Notes under the pieces: model-generated
Told to the model about the DNA's origin: nothing
What the model saw: the letters and a program-made list of their open reading frames with translations, nothing else
The model's database searches: none
Virus record (IMG/VR): IMGVR_UViG_3300037423_001065
Coordinates: 1 to 64,000 of that record
DNA from: a virus
DNA length: 64,000 nt
Reading direction: 5' to 3' (one strand)
Shown: positions 9,701 to 19,239 of the stretch, piece by piece
Layout: each line of letters starts with the position of its first letter
Position numbering within the stretch: position 1 is the first letter of the stretch
Position numbers and translations under genes: made by a program

Positions 9701-12700
9701 GGACCTGCCGACGATCGAGCGCCTGAACGACGAGTTCAAGCAGTGGCTGTGCACCTCGCAGTACCGCGACGCCGTCGAGGACCTTTACAACCGCAAGTTC
9801 CGCGGCTTCGCGCAGCGCGACTTTTCCGATGAGCCGATCGACGTGCCGGGCCTCACGACGGACCGCGACGTGCGCGCCTGGCGCTGGTCGAGCCTGCGGC
9901 GCAGCCTGTCGGACGGCAAAGGTATCGTCGCGGACGACGTTGGCCTGGGCAAGACCCTGGGCGGCCTGCTGCTCGCGCGCATGGCGAAGATGCAGGGCAC
10001 CGCGAAGCGCCCGATCATCGTCGTGCCAAAGTCCGTGCTCGCCAACTGGTACGCCGAGTCCCAGGTGTGGTTCCCGGGCTCGCGCGTGCTCACGATCGGC
10101 GCCAACTTCGCGCGCGACAAGACCGGCGAGCTGGTAGGCCGCGACGACGACGCCGCGGAGCGCAAGCGCAAATACCACGACCTGACGCAGAACGACTACG
10201 ATTTCGTGTTCATCAGCGAGCCGGCGTTCGAGGAGGTCGACCTGAACCCGGAGACCAAGGAGAAGTACTACTCCGAGGACTTCTGGGTGCAGCGCGGCGA
10301 GGCCCTGGGCAACGCCGGCGACAAGCGGCGCAAGGCGATCAAGGAGCGCTTCGAGCAGCACCTGGCGCAGCGCGAGTTTCAGGACCGCACCGACGCGATC
10401 TGGTTCGATGACCTCGGCGTTGACATGCTCATCGCCGATGAGATGCACCACCAGAAAAACCTCTACGCGGCGCGCGCGCGCTTCGGTGAGAACCCGAAGT
10501 TCCTGGGCGGCCAGGGGCTTTCGAATCGGGCCCTGGACTTCAACCTCAAGACCCGCTGGGTGCGCGAGCACAACGGCGGCAAGGGCATCTACGGCCTGAC
10601 GGCGACGCCGACGAAAAACAGCCCGCTCGAGATTTACTCGATGCTGTCGCATATCGCGCCGGAGGCGTTCGAGAACATCGGCATCCGCAACAGCGAGGAG
10701 TTCCTGGACCGCTTCTGCGAGTTTCAGAACGACAAGGTGCTATCGACCCAGGGCGCGATCGAGGACGCGCTCGTGGTGTCCGGGTTCAAGAACCTGGACG
10801 AGCTGCGCGAAATCATGTTCCGGTTCATCGACCGGCGCACCGCGCAGGACGTGGGCCTCAAGCTGCCGGAGCGCGACCAGCGCACGCACCTGATCGAGAT
10901 GAGCAAGGCGCAGGAGAACGTCTACGCCGAGCTGCGCGCCCTGGCCGAGGAGAGCGCCGGCAAGAAGGACGCGACCGGCGACTCGCACATTTTCTCGATC
11001 ATGGACAAGATGGGCAAGGCGGCCCTGGACCTCGAGCTCCTGGGGCACGCCGGCGCCCGCTCGCCGAAGATCGAGGCCCTGGCGGAGCAGGTCACGGCCG
11101 GCTTGAAGGACGGCGGCCAAATCGTGTTCTGCGAGTCGGTGCCGACGCACGACAAGATCGTGCGCGCCCTGGTCGACGCCGGCGTGCCGCGCGAGCAAAT
11201 CGGCGTGATCAACGCCCAGGTGGCGGGCTCCGCGGTCAAGCGCCAGAACATCGCCGACAAGTTCAACGCCGGCAAGCTGCGCGTCGTCATCGGCAACGTC
11301 ACGATGGCCGAGGGCCTGAACCTCCAGAAAACCACGACGGACATTCACGAGCTGGACATTCCCTGGGAGCCCGCCACGGTGCAGCAGCGCCTCGGCCGCG
11401 GCATCCGCCAGGGCAACCTCAACGAGTCCGTGCGCACGCACTCCTACCTGGCGCGCGGCAGCTTCGACGGCTACCGGTACCAGGCCGTGCACGCCAAGCG
11501 TGACTGGATGGACCTGCTCTGGTCCGGCGGCGATCGCGTCGAGAACCTGGCGCGCGAGGGCAACCTCACCCTGGACGACATGCGCATCATGCTGGCGGCC
11601 GACCCGGACGAGGCGCGCGCCAAGTTCGAGGAGGACAAGACGGCCGCGATGAAGCGCTATGACGCCGAGCAGCGCGCCGACGCCCAGAAGCAGTTCGTCC
11701 GGTTCGTGGACCTGCACCGCAACTACTCGTCGCTCAAGAACAAGGACACCAAGTCGGCGACGATGCTGCGCCAGCGGCTCGAGGCGGCGAAAACGTCCCT
11801 GTTCAACAATCCGCACTGGCCGGCGAAGGCAGCGCTCGAGACCGGCTCCGACACGCTGATCCACCCCCAGACCGGTACGACCCTGGCGGCGAACGTCGGC
11901 CTCGAGCTGCCGAGCGAGGGCAAGGTCGTGATCACCGGCGTCAACATGCGCGACGGCACCGTGACGCTGCGCCGCTACGCCGACCTCGAGGGCGGCAAGC
12001 GCGCGACCGTGAAGCTGGACGAGCTCAAGGAGGCCGCGCCGTTCAAGTATGACGCCGAGGCCGAGAACAAGGAGGCCCAGGAGAAGTTCGAAGCCGCGGC
12101 CGCCGAGAAGCTGGACTCGATCGAGTCGTACGAGGAGATTGCGGCGCTGCCGACCGCGGTCATCGACAAGAACGCGGCGATGCTCCAGGAGCGCATCAAG
12201 CAGGGCATGAAGGAGTACAAATTCCGCATGCCGTACGGCGCCATCACGATGGTGGACAAGCAGACCGGGCAGCTCGAGTCCGTCGAGGACTATCACGCGC
12301 GCGACAAGCACGACACGCACGACTACCTGCTGCCGACCAGCGACGCGCGCGAGAAGTCCATCCAGGCGTACATGGACGCCGAGCGCCAGGCGAAGATCGG
12401 CACGCAGTTCTTCTCCGGCAAGCGCAACAAGTCGTACTACACCGCGGCGCGGAAGTACGTCGGCACGCGCTACGGAAACGAGCACGCGAACCCGTTCAAG
12501 GCGTCCCTCGAGCGCCTGGGTGGCAGCTCCAGGACGTACGGCGTCGACGCGCCGCTTGTCAAGGAGGCGAAGCAGCGCCTGGCCGCCGAGCAGGTGAGCG
12601 CAATTCGACACGCCAGCTCGATCAAGTCGGCGTTCGACGCCCTGTACCCCCTGGCGACCGTCGAGGGCCGCACCGAGGGCTACGGCGAGGAGGGCATGCA

Positions 12701-13181
12701 GGCGAAGTACCCGAAGGAAGCCCTCACCATGCTGTGGGCGCGCGCGCGGCACCTGGGCGCCCTGGGCAAGCCCATGGCCGAGGCGTTCGACAAGAAGCAC
12801 GCCTTCTACGCCGTCAGCAAGGGCCACGAGCTCAGCGTGCACAACGCCCTGGTCAAGATGGCGCTTTCCAGCGGCTACAACGACCTGGCGGAGGCGATGC
12901 TGGAAAGCGGCCGCCGGCACCACAAGACCAACATTCACGCCGAGACCGTGCGCGTCCTGGGCCAGGGCTGGAACCACTCGCGCGGCCTGCTGCAACACCT
13001 GCGCCACGCGGCCGATGAGGCCGGCGTGCTGGACATGACGCCGAACCAGCTCCGCGAGTACAAGCTGAGCGGCAAGTTCGCGCCGTACAGCGGATACGGG
13101 GGCTACTACACGAGTCACCACTCGAGCTCCGGAAAGACCATGCGCGAGCTCATCGCGGAAAGCCTGGAGACCGCCAAATGA
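6726..13181 (+). CDS. DarB-like N6-adenine DNA methyltransferase-SF2 helicase fusion (2151 aa)
   Basis: EPSCGTG and NPPY MTase motifs; DVGLGKT, DEMH, TATP, EGLNLQ and QRLGRGIRQG helicase motifs. Confidence 0.88.
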   Translation: MIILFQKSQLALFDTPVRVATHVRKDGVVIPEHTATRKKGVHAAHHGRLQAFIDNHGGAAGMARTLSSMSAAHQQRLYAEMAKLGGITPEEVAAKFPDVKPAPEPVPDMFTPPPAPAAAEPAQVVENTGDEEPRSTDDDHPAPTPRQSLRDLSDADRKRWLELHRTQHETHYHEMGKVRAEMERVHSKKNKAETAMREAEAGLESQRKAPVPDVVREGQFEGSIGAHRAEFKKHAAKLDELAGHLETLTGLRDRLGKQKDEILAGSGDLRMNLMSGQRSTLQEELDAQKHYAREYRDYFKGKDKKPKAETKRAKRGTEPAKAETKPAEVETPVPDTHDRAAPFGVPAGISKAERRSINSQVAARIAQGGPFDGADRHLMRQYSGNGGCGDSLNEYYTDPAVTRGMWTAIAAMGVTHGDVLEPSCGTGVFLHTAPTGFKVTGVELDPVSATVASVLHGDRHEVHTASLERFATMDDRQFDVVIGNPPYGPRGMLAKDDKKYISTAEQYFVDTAIDKAKPGGIIALVVPTGILDSSSGRSMRQSWLCRAEFLGAQRMPNTAFEHSHTEVTTDVVYFRKRPDAVGQALNTLDEKIPDDLAALKKLGVWDEEFIAGSYFTGRGAANILGTMGPGWRAQAGMGNDITVNGSMAGVPEALAAFTPDSESRPATDLSVDQVLDTLQGEPRERARNAAQRDRPYLNTAKVGDVKTVDGVEYILQGDPPRWHRVDEFMQAPAIADAAPIAAEIDRLFNGQAVNRPQLEADVRAWVAKHGIPADNKDLMTAASSDRTLYRLIGAVNRQGELSDAVLGKGSRALEGGFDATAEAMALEAKSGDFTAAELAERLGKNLDEVEEHLAADARYAWVGDGRWAPMSMYLTGELWPKLDAARAAVAAGHPLKDKLADQVSRLEKAIDPKALEDVEIQLNSAFLPLHVIEAFFNWKQYDSDEANEWTKKQKPLELVFRDGVYIVSGGNQYGTAKLLDKYLNRTGIRKEEDLPTIERLNDEFKQWLCTSQYRDAVEDLYNRKFRGFAQRDFSDEPIDVPGLTTDRDVRAWRWSSLRRSLSDGKGIVADDVGLGKTLGGLLLARMAKMQGTAKRPIIVVPKSVLANWYAESQVWFPGSRVLTIGANFARDKTGELVGRDDDAAERKRKYHDLTQNDYDFVFISEPAFEEVDLNPETKEKYYSEDFWVQRGEALGNAGDKRRKAIKERFEQHLAQREFQDRTDAIWFDDLGVDMLIADEMHHQKNLYAARARFGENPKFLGGQGLSNRALDFNLKTRWVREHNGGKGIYGLTATPTKNSPLEIYSMLSHIAPEAFENIGIRNSEEFLDRFCEFQNDKVLSTQGAIEDALVVSGFKNLDELREIMFRFIDRRTAQDVGLKLPERDQRTHLIEMSKAQENVYAELRALAEESAGKKDATGDSHIFSIMDKMGKAALDLELLGHAGARSPKIEALAEQVTAGLKDGGQIVFCESVPTHDKIVRALVDAGVPREQIGVINAQVAGSAVKRQNIADKFNAGKLRVVIGNVTMAEGLNLQKTTTDIHELDIPWEPATVQQRLGRGIRQGNLNESVRTHSYLARGSFDGYRYQAVHAKRDWMDLLWSGGDRVENLAREGNLTLDDMRIMLAADPDEARAKFEEDKTAAMKRYDAEQRADAQKQFVRFVDLHRNYSSLKNKDTKSATMLRQRLEAAKTSLFNNPHWPAKAALETGSDTLIHPQTGTTLAANVGLELPSEGKVVITGVNMRDGTVTLRRYADLEGGKRATVKLDELKEAAPFKYDAEAENKEAQEKFEAAAAEKLDSIESYEEIAALPTAVIDKNAAMLQERIKQGMKEYKFRMPYGAITMVDKQTGQLESVEDYHARDKHDTHDYLLPTSDAREKSIQAYMDAERQAKIGTQFFSGKRNKSYYTAARKYVGTRYGNEHANPFKASLERLGGSSRTYGVDAPLVKEAKQRLAAEQVSAIRHASSIKSAFDALYPLATVEGRTEGYGEEGMQAKYPKEALTMLWARARHLGALGKPMAEAFDKKHAFYAVSKGHELSVHNALVKMALSSGYNDLAEAMLESGRRHHKTNIHAETVRVLGQGWNHSRGLLQHLRHAADEAGVLDMTPNQLREYKLSGKFAPYSGYGGYYTSHHSSSGKTMRELIAESLETAK

Positions 13182-13507
13182 ACGCCCGCGCATTCGCCGA
13201 AAGCACGCTCCAGCTCCTGCAACAGGACCCGCGGCGCTACCGCAATTTCGGCCCCTACTGGTGGTTCGTCAAGGCGCTGCTCAAGCAGTTCTACACGCGC
13301 GACAACCTGCACCTGCTCGGTGACTACGAGGAGCCGGACGCGCTCACGCGCATGGCGCCGGAGGCGACGACCTCGCTCGACGCCGCGCTGCAGGCGGCCG
13401 TCGAGGAGTACCGCCAGAACGCCACGTACAACCTGGGCCGGACGACCGTCACCGACGCGAACGGCGAGGTCTACACCCTGAGCGACCCGGACGCCGGGCT
13501 GTCGTGA
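13178..13507 (+). CDS. Hypothetical protein (109 aa)
   Basis: ATGA overlap with the upstream gene; typical codon usage. Confidence 0.75.
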   Translation: MNARAFAESTLQLLQQDPRRYRNFGPYWWFVKALLKQFYTRDNLHLLGDYEEPDALTRMAPEATTSLDAALQAAVEEYRQNATYNLGRTTVTDANGEVYTLSDPDAGLS

Positions 13508-13516
13508 TCCCACAAT
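13501..13516 (+). promoter_or_regulatory. Putative late promoter motif
   Basis: GTCGTGATCCCACAAT, overlapping the upstream stop. Confidence 0.65.
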
Positions 13517-13526
13517 CGGAGCCAAC

Positions 13527-14087
13527 ATGAACAAGCCCGTCGTTTTCCTCAAGTCGCACGTCGAGCCCTACACCAAGAAGGACGGCACGACCGTTGCGGC
13601 GCACGAGCGTCTGGTGAACATGCGCGCTCACCCGAAGGGGTACAAGCCGGGCCAGCACGTGTTTTTCCCGCACCCGCAAAAGAAGGGCAAGAACGGCCTG
13701 GGCATCTACATGGGCGAGCGCGAGGGCAAGTCCGTGGTGCATCACGTGCACGGCGAGGACGGCAACCAGCATGACGTGGAGCACGACCAGGTCAAGGGCG
13801 CGCGCGGCATCCCGAAGCCCGCGGACCCGGCGGCCGACGCCGAGAAAAACCTCGAGCGCGCGAAGGGTGGCAACAAGTCCGGCGTGCCGGACGATCACCT
13901 CGAGCTCATGGAGCAGTCGCTCGCCAACGACGAAAACAGCTCCGACGAGGAGCTGCATGACCATTTCGTCAGCTCCGGCGTGCACCCGGACCATGCCCGC
14001 GAGGCGATCAAGCACCGCGAGAAGTTCACCTCGGCCCCGCTGCCGGCCGCCGGCGAGCTGCGCCGGCTGATGGCGAAAAAGGACTGA
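13527..14087 (+). CDS. Hypothetical protein with N-terminal cargo tag and SH3/KOW-like domain
   Basis: Starts VVFLKSHVEPYTKKDGTTVAAH, similar to the N-termini at 3563, 4735 and 6726. Confidence 0.75.
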   Translation: MNKPVVFLKSHVEPYTKKDGTTVAAHERLVNMRAHPKGYKPGQHVFFPHPQKKGKNGLGIYMGEREGKSVVHHVHGEDGNQHDVEHDQVKGARGIPKPADPAADAEKNLERAKGGNKSGVPDDHLELMEQSLANDENSSDEELHDHFVSSGVHPDHAREAIKHREKFTSAPLPAAGELRRLMAKKD

Positions 14088-14091
14088 CGGC

Positions 14092-14107
14092 GTCGTGACC
14101 CTACGAT
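14092..14107 (+). promoter_or_regulatory. Putative late promoter motif (leaderless start)
   Basis: GTCGTGACCCTACGAT, 6 nt before ATG 14114. Confidence 0.7.
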
Positions 14108-14113
14108 GAGGCG

Positions 14114-17100
14114 ATGGCCGATCGCCCCATCGTTTTCCTGCCCGCCCAGGCCCTGGCGAAGGCCGCCGCCATCCCGGACGGCGCGCGCTGGATTACCGTT
14201 CACCCGAACGGACCCGGCACTGAGGGCCAGCCCGTGCTCATTCAGCCCCAGGCCGACGGCTCGGCGCACGTCATCGGCGGCGCTGGCGGCAAGCTGAACT
14301 ACCTCAAGCTGCGCGGCGTCAAGAAGGAATCCGAGTACCAGGCCGAGGCGGCGCAGCGCAAGAAGGCGAAGGCCGAGGAGCGCAAGGTCCAGGCGCAGCG
14401 CGATCGCGAGGCCGGCATCGCTGAAAAGAAAAAGCAGGCGAAGCAGGACGTTGCGCGCCAGCAGCGCGAGCACGAGGCGAAGTTCGTCCAAACCGTCGCC
14501 CAGGCCATGGGCTGGGACCCGAAGGCGCTCGAGTTCCCAGAGGACCAGTACGCGAACGTCTCCGACGCGGCGCGCAACAAGGCGGCCGCCGAGCACCACC
14601 GCGAAATCATGCGCAAGGCGTCCGAGGCCGTCGAGATGCAGCGCCAGCGCCTGGTGGCCGACCATGCCGCGCGCATGGAGGCCGGCATCGGCGAGGTGCC
14701 GCTCGATTCGAAGGACCCCGAGGTGCTGTCGGTCGAGGACCTGGACCCGACCCCCATCGGCGCCGCGGCGACCGGTTTCTCGCACAACTTCAAGGAGCGC
14801 GCCGAGAAGGCCGGCCTGACGGACGAGGAGCTGAAACAGGAGGTGGCGCCGATCAAGGAGGCGCGCCTGGCGCAGCTCACCGACGACCAGCGCAAGGCGG
14901 CGATCGCGCGCGGCGAGACCGCGAAGATGGTCAAGAACGAGCTCGAGAAGATTCGCGAGCCCATCGCCCCCAAAAACGACACCTCGCTGGCCGACGCCCG
15001 CCAGGCCGCGGAGATTCTGCGCGCTGCGAAGCGCCTCAAGCAAATCCAGAAAAAGGCGCGCGAGGCGAACGCGGCGATCGACAAGTCCACCGCGGAGCCG
15101 AAGGCGTACATCCTCGAGTACACCGCGGACCCGGAGGCCGACTCGAAGATCGCCGAGGACCTGGCGAACGACTTGCGCACCGCGCAGACCATGGCGTTCC
15201 TGTCCGAGTTCAATCGCCTGGCCGGCGATCGACCCGAGGAGACCCTGGGCAAGCACATTGCCGTGGGCGCCTACAACAGCATCAACAGCCTGGCCCAGGC
15301 CGTCGGCGGCCAGGCGCTGGTCGACCGCAGTGTCGTGGACGTGCTCGGCGTCGCCGGCGCCGCACAGGTGCTGGCGCGCCGCATCCACAACGACCTGCCC
15401 GAGGATGCCGAGCGCATCACGGAGGGCATGCAGGACTTCCACCTGCACCACTACATGGACGCGAGCGCCGAGGCCATGGGCCGCGCGCAGGAGCTCCTGG
15501 ACGCCGCGAAGGAAATCGAGCTGGGCGAGGCCGAGACCGGCCAGGACCTGCAAGTCGCCCAGGAGATGAACGCGCGCCGGCGCCGCGCCGTCGTGGAGGC
15601 CCAGAAGATTCTCGGCCAGACCCTGGGCGAGATGGAGGCGAACGCCGCGCTCACCGTCGCCCTCAAGCAAGGCAAGAAGGGCCAATTCCAGGTCTCGATG
15701 GGCAAGCGCTCGATCGAGTCCGCGATCACCCAGGCGCGGGCGATCGGCCTGCAGCGCGGCGACTACCAGGTGGACACCGCCGGCGGCAACACCTTCCTGA
15801 CCGTCACCGGCGCCGGCCTCGATCGCCTGGCGAAGCCGATCGACCGCGCCGACCTCGAGCAGGTCCGCCGGAACCTGGCGATCATCCGCGGCGACCAGGA
15901 CGAGGACGGCTGGCTCCCGCTGGGCGTAGCGCGCCGGCCAGACCTCGCCATGGACGTGAAGCCGGGCGTCGCGCCGCGCCTGGCCGAGCCATTCAACCCG
16001 GGCGCCGACCTCGAGCAGGCGCTCCTCGATTACATCGGCGGGCGCGCGGCCGACGGTGACACGCCGGGCGACATAGTCGCGGACATTCAGTCGGCGGCGT
16101 TCTTCGACAAGGTCGGGCCCGGCCGCGCCGACGAGTACCGCAAGGCACTGGACGCCGTCGCACCGCTCAAGGACGGCCGCGGAAAGCCGCGCCGCGCTGA
16201 GGCCCTGGCCGGCGACTTCGACGGCTACGCCGACCTGTTCGTGCAGAAGCGGCACCCGGCTGGCCGGGCGGCGATCAACCGCCAGCAGTTCAAGGTGGAC
16301 CAGGTCAGCGTCGACGCGCTGCACCGCGCCCTGGCGGAAACGCCGGATGGCGTCGCCGCCTTCAAGCAGCTCGGCGAGCTCGAGCCGCATGACCAGCGCG
16401 CGCTGCGCGAGTTCTTCTACCGCAACATCGCCAAGGAGGGCGACGCCGCGGGCAACCTGCGCCGCGAGCTCGAGGACCACGTCGCCGCGGAGCCGGAAAA
16501 GACCGTCGGCGATATGTTCGGCGAGCAAACCGAGAACCCGGCCTGGGCCGAGTGGCGCGCGCGCCGCGACGAGCTGGCCGCCAAGGTCGGCAGCGCGTCG
16601 CTCGACTGGCCGAAGTACGTCGATGCCATGCACGGCAACGAGAAGGCGTACGAGGCCGTGCAGGACCTGATCCGATCGCGCGTCGCGAAGTCGTTCCTCG
16701 AGGCGCACAACCGGCTGAACCCGCGCTCGCCGCTCAAGCTGGGGCGCACCGTCATCCGGAACAACCTGAACCACCTGGACGCCGTCGACCCGGCCGCGCG
16801 CGAGGAGCGCATGGCCAGCGAGCGCGCCCTGGTGGACAGCCTGCGCGAGCGCTCCGCCGGCAAGTACGCCGCCGGCGCCGTCTCCGACAAGCTGGACGCC
16901 GCCCGCGAGAAAAACGAGGCGCTGGAGCAGGCCCAGATGGGGTTCTTCTCCACCGACGACGCGCCGGCCGCGGCCGACGACCAGGCGCCGCAGCTCGCCG
17001 GCGACGAGCGCTACACGATCGGCCACGAGGCAGAGCGCCAGCTCGCCGGCATGATGGGCGTCGTCGGCCGCAACTTCAAGCCAGGCCAGCCGCTGCGCCT

Positions 17101-18691
17101 GTGGGAGCCGACCATGTCGGGCGGCAAGAACGCCGCGCGCCAGCGCCTGGTCAAGCTGGTCGACGCGAACAAGCGCGTCGTCGCGGCCTTCGGTACCGGC
17201 TCCGGCAAAACCCTGCTCGGCCTGGCGTCGTTTTCGCACCTGCACGAGCAGGGCAAGGCCAAGCGCGGGCTGTTCCTGGTGCCGTCGATCGTGCAGGGCC
17301 AGTTCGCCGGCGAGGCGCTGCGCTACCTCGAGCCCGGCAAGTTCAAGTGGCATATCGAGCCTGGCGCCAGCCGCGAGGAGCGCATCCGCGCCCACAAGGA
17401 CGCGAGCAACCACTTCACGGTCATGACGCATCAGTCGTTCCGCGACGACATGATGCACCTGGCCGCGCAGCACGCCGGCGTCTCCCCGGACGAGATGGCG
17501 TCGCGCGTGGCGGCCATGTCCGACGGCGAGCGCAAGGACTGGATGAAGGCGACGCTCGAGCGCGAGGGCATCAGCTATGACTACCTGAACGTGGACGAGG
17601 GCCAGAACACCCTCAACCGCGCCGGCAAGGAAAACTCCAGCCTCGCGAACGTGGTCGACGCGCTGTCGCACCCAGAGGTGACGCCGTACTACGTCACGGC
17701 CAGCGGCGACCCTGTCAAGAACGATGCCAGCGAGGTATTCGACCTGCTGCGCAAGATGGACCCGGCGCGCTACGTCGATCGCGGCGAGTTCATGCGCCGC
17801 TACGGCGCCGACACCCTGTCATCCAAGGACGGCCTGCGCCGCGAGATGGCGCGCTACATCTTCCCCAGCAAGATCGACCCGGACGTGCACGCCGACCGCA
17901 AGGAGTCGAAGCTGGCGCTGTCCGCCGGCCAGAAGTCGGCACTCGCCGAGCTCGAGGGCCACTTCACCCGGGCGCGCATCGCGCGCATCCAGGGCAAGGT
18001 GGACGTGGACGCCATGAAGGCGATCGCGCCGCATGCCTTCGAGGGCCTGGCGGATGCCGAGCACGAGGCGCGCGCGAAAGAGCTCCAGCAAAGCCTGGGC
18101 ATCATGAAGTCGTCCGCGGTGCTGCGCACGATCATGGAGCACCCGGACAACCCGATCGCCGACGACCTGATTGCGAAGGCGGCCGAGCGCAAGGGCAAGC
18201 CCGGCGTGGTGTTCGCGCACTCGCTCAAGCAGGTCCAGATGCTGGCCGAGCGCCTGGAGAAGGCCGGACACCGGGTCGTCACGATCACCGGCAAGGACGG
18301 CCCGAAGGAGAAGGAGCGCAAGCGCCGGATGTTCAAGCCGGAGCAGGGCGAGGCCCAGGCGGACATTCTGGTGGCGTCCGACGCCGGAGCGACGGGCATG
18401 AACGTGCAGCGCGGGCAGTGGCTGTACCAGGCGGACACGCCGATGACGGCCATGACGCACGCCCAGCGCAACGGCCGCATTTTCCGCACCGGCCAGGAAA
18501 ACGATGTGGAGCTGATCGACGCCGTGCCGGACCATCCCGAGGTGCACCGCGCGCGCGATCGCCTCCAGAAAAAGTACGGCCTGCGCGACCTCATGACCTC
18601 GAGCATGGAGGGCCTGGACGACTCCGGCGTCGCCCAGTTCCTGCGCGAGCGCCAGGTGCGCGAGGCGGATTCCCCTGGTGCTCTTTTTTGA
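14114..18691 (+). CDS. Large protein (1525 aa) with C-terminal SNF2-like SF2 helicase
   Basis: GTGSGKT, VDEGQ, GATGMNVQ and QRNGRIFRTG motifs; N-terminal ALAKA followed by a WITVHPNG hairpin. Confidence 0.8.
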   Translation: MADRPIVFLPAQALAKAAAIPDGARWITVHPNGPGTEGQPVLIQPQADGSAHVIGGAGGKLNYLKLRGVKKESEYQAEAAQRKKAKAEERKVQAQRDREAGIAEKKKQAKQDVARQQREHEAKFVQTVAQAMGWDPKALEFPEDQYANVSDAARNKAAAEHHREIMRKASEAVEMQRQRLVADHAARMEAGIGEVPLDSKDPEVLSVEDLDPTPIGAAATGFSHNFKERAEKAGLTDEELKQEVAPIKEARLAQLTDDQRKAAIARGETAKMVKNELEKIREPIAPKNDTSLADARQAAEILRAAKRLKQIQKKAREANAAIDKSTAEPKAYILEYTADPEADSKIAEDLANDLRTAQTMAFLSEFNRLAGDRPEETLGKHIAVGAYNSINSLAQAVGGQALVDRSVVDVLGVAGAAQVLARRIHNDLPEDAERITEGMQDFHLHHYMDASAEAMGRAQELLDAAKEIELGEAETGQDLQVAQEMNARRRRAVVEAQKILGQTLGEMEANAALTVALKQGKKGQFQVSMGKRSIESAITQARAIGLQRGDYQVDTAGGNTFLTVTGAGLDRLAKPIDRADLEQVRRNLAIIRGDQDEDGWLPLGVARRPDLAMDVKPGVAPRLAEPFNPGADLEQALLDYIGGRAADGDTPGDIVADIQSAAFFDKVGPGRADEYRKALDAVAPLKDGRGKPRRAEALAGDFDGYADLFVQKRHPAGRAAINRQQFKVDQVSVDALHRALAETPDGVAAFKQLGELEPHDQRALREFFYRNIAKEGDAAGNLRRELEDHVAAEPEKTVGDMFGEQTENPAWAEWRARRDELAAKVGSASLDWPKYVDAMHGNEKAYEAVQDLIRSRVAKSFLEAHNRLNPRSPLKLGRTVIRNNLNHLDAVDPAAREERMASERALVDSLRERSAGKYAAGAVSDKLDAAREKNEALEQAQMGFFSTDDAPAAADDQAPQLAGDERYTIGHEAERQLAGMMGVVGRNFKPGQPLRLWEPTMSGGKNAARQRLVKLVDANKRVVAAFGTGSGKTLLGLASFSHLHEQGKAKRGLFLVPSIVQGQFAGEALRYLEPGKFKWHIEPGASREERIRAHKDASNHFTVMTHQSFRDDMMHLAAQHAGVSPDEMASRVAAMSDGERKDWMKATLEREGISYDYLNVDEGQNTLNRAGKENSSLANVVDALSHPEVTPYYVTASGDPVKNDASEVFDLLRKMDPARYVDRGEFMRRYGADTLSSKDGLRREMARYIFPSKIDPDVHADRKESKLALSAGQKSALAELEGHFTRARIARIQGKVDVDAMKAIAPHAFEGLADAEHEARAKELQQSLGIMKSSAVLRTIMEHPDNPIADDLIAKAAERKGKPGVVFAHSLKQVQMLAERLEKAGHRVVTITGKDGPKEKERKRRMFKPEQGEAQADILVASDAGATGMNVQRGQWLYQADTPMTAMTHAQRNGRIFRTGQENDVELIDAVPDHPEVHRARDRLQKKYGLRDLMTSSMEGLDDSGVAQFLRERQVREADSPGALF

Positions 18692-18705
18692 GTAACATAG
18701 GCGCC

Positions 18706-18888
18706 ATGTTTCGAATCAGCCTAGTCGCCCTGGCATCGCGGTACGCCCTCTACGGCCAGCCGACGCATGGCCTGAGTAGCATCCCCGGCACCCAGGCGTC
18801 CGGAAGCAACGCCCTGCGCCTGCTGCGGCACCACTTCCTGCCGGGCCAGACCGGGCACCAGGTCCTGCTCCTGCGGAGGCCCGAATGA
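18706..18888 (+). CDS. Small hypothetical protein (60 aa)
   Basis: Fills the gap, and its stop overlaps the next ATG. Confidence 0.45.
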   Translation: MFRISLVALASRYALYGQPTHGLSSIPGTQASGSNALRLLRHHFLPGQTGHQVLLLRRPE

Positions 18889-19145
18889 ACGACATGCGGG
18901 ACACGCCGCGCCGGCAGCTCGGCGAGCTCGGCGCCCTGGCGACCAGGACCGAGGCCGACGAGCGACGCATCCTCGAGGCGGCCGAGAAGCGGCTCGAGCG
19001 TGTCGAGGGCGAGCTGGACTCCGCGCGTGCCGTGGCAATGGGTGCGCCGGCGGACGCCGATCGGTACCAGGCGCTGATCGAGGAGCGCGGGCGATTGAAC
19101 CAGGTCATCGCCCAGGCGCGCGCCGTGCTCGAGCCCGACGACTGA
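18885..19145 (+). CDS. Hypothetical coiled-coil protein (86 aa)
   Basis: GGAGG SD upstream; followed by a terminator. Confidence 0.7.
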   Translation: MNDMRDTPRRQLGELGALATRTEADERRILEAAEKRLERVEGELDSARAVAMGAPADADRYQALIEERGRLNQVIAQARAVLEPDD

Positions 19146-19167
19146 TCGTCGCAACACCTGACATATA

Positions 19168-19190
19168 GGCCGCCGCGAGCGGCCTTTTTC
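19168..19190 (+). terminator. Rho-independent terminator
   Basis: AGGCCGC-CGCGA-GCGGCCT followed by TTTT. Confidence 0.7.
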
Positions 19191-19216
19191 GTGTCCGCGC
19201 GCGATGGCGTTGTCCG

Positions 19217-19232
19217 GTCGTGACAACACCAT
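19217..19232 (+). promoter_or_regulatory. Putative late promoter motif (leaderless start) for the head operon
   Basis: GTCGTGACAACACCAT, 7 nt before ATG 19240. Confidence 0.7.
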
Positions 19233-19239
19233 ACGCTCC

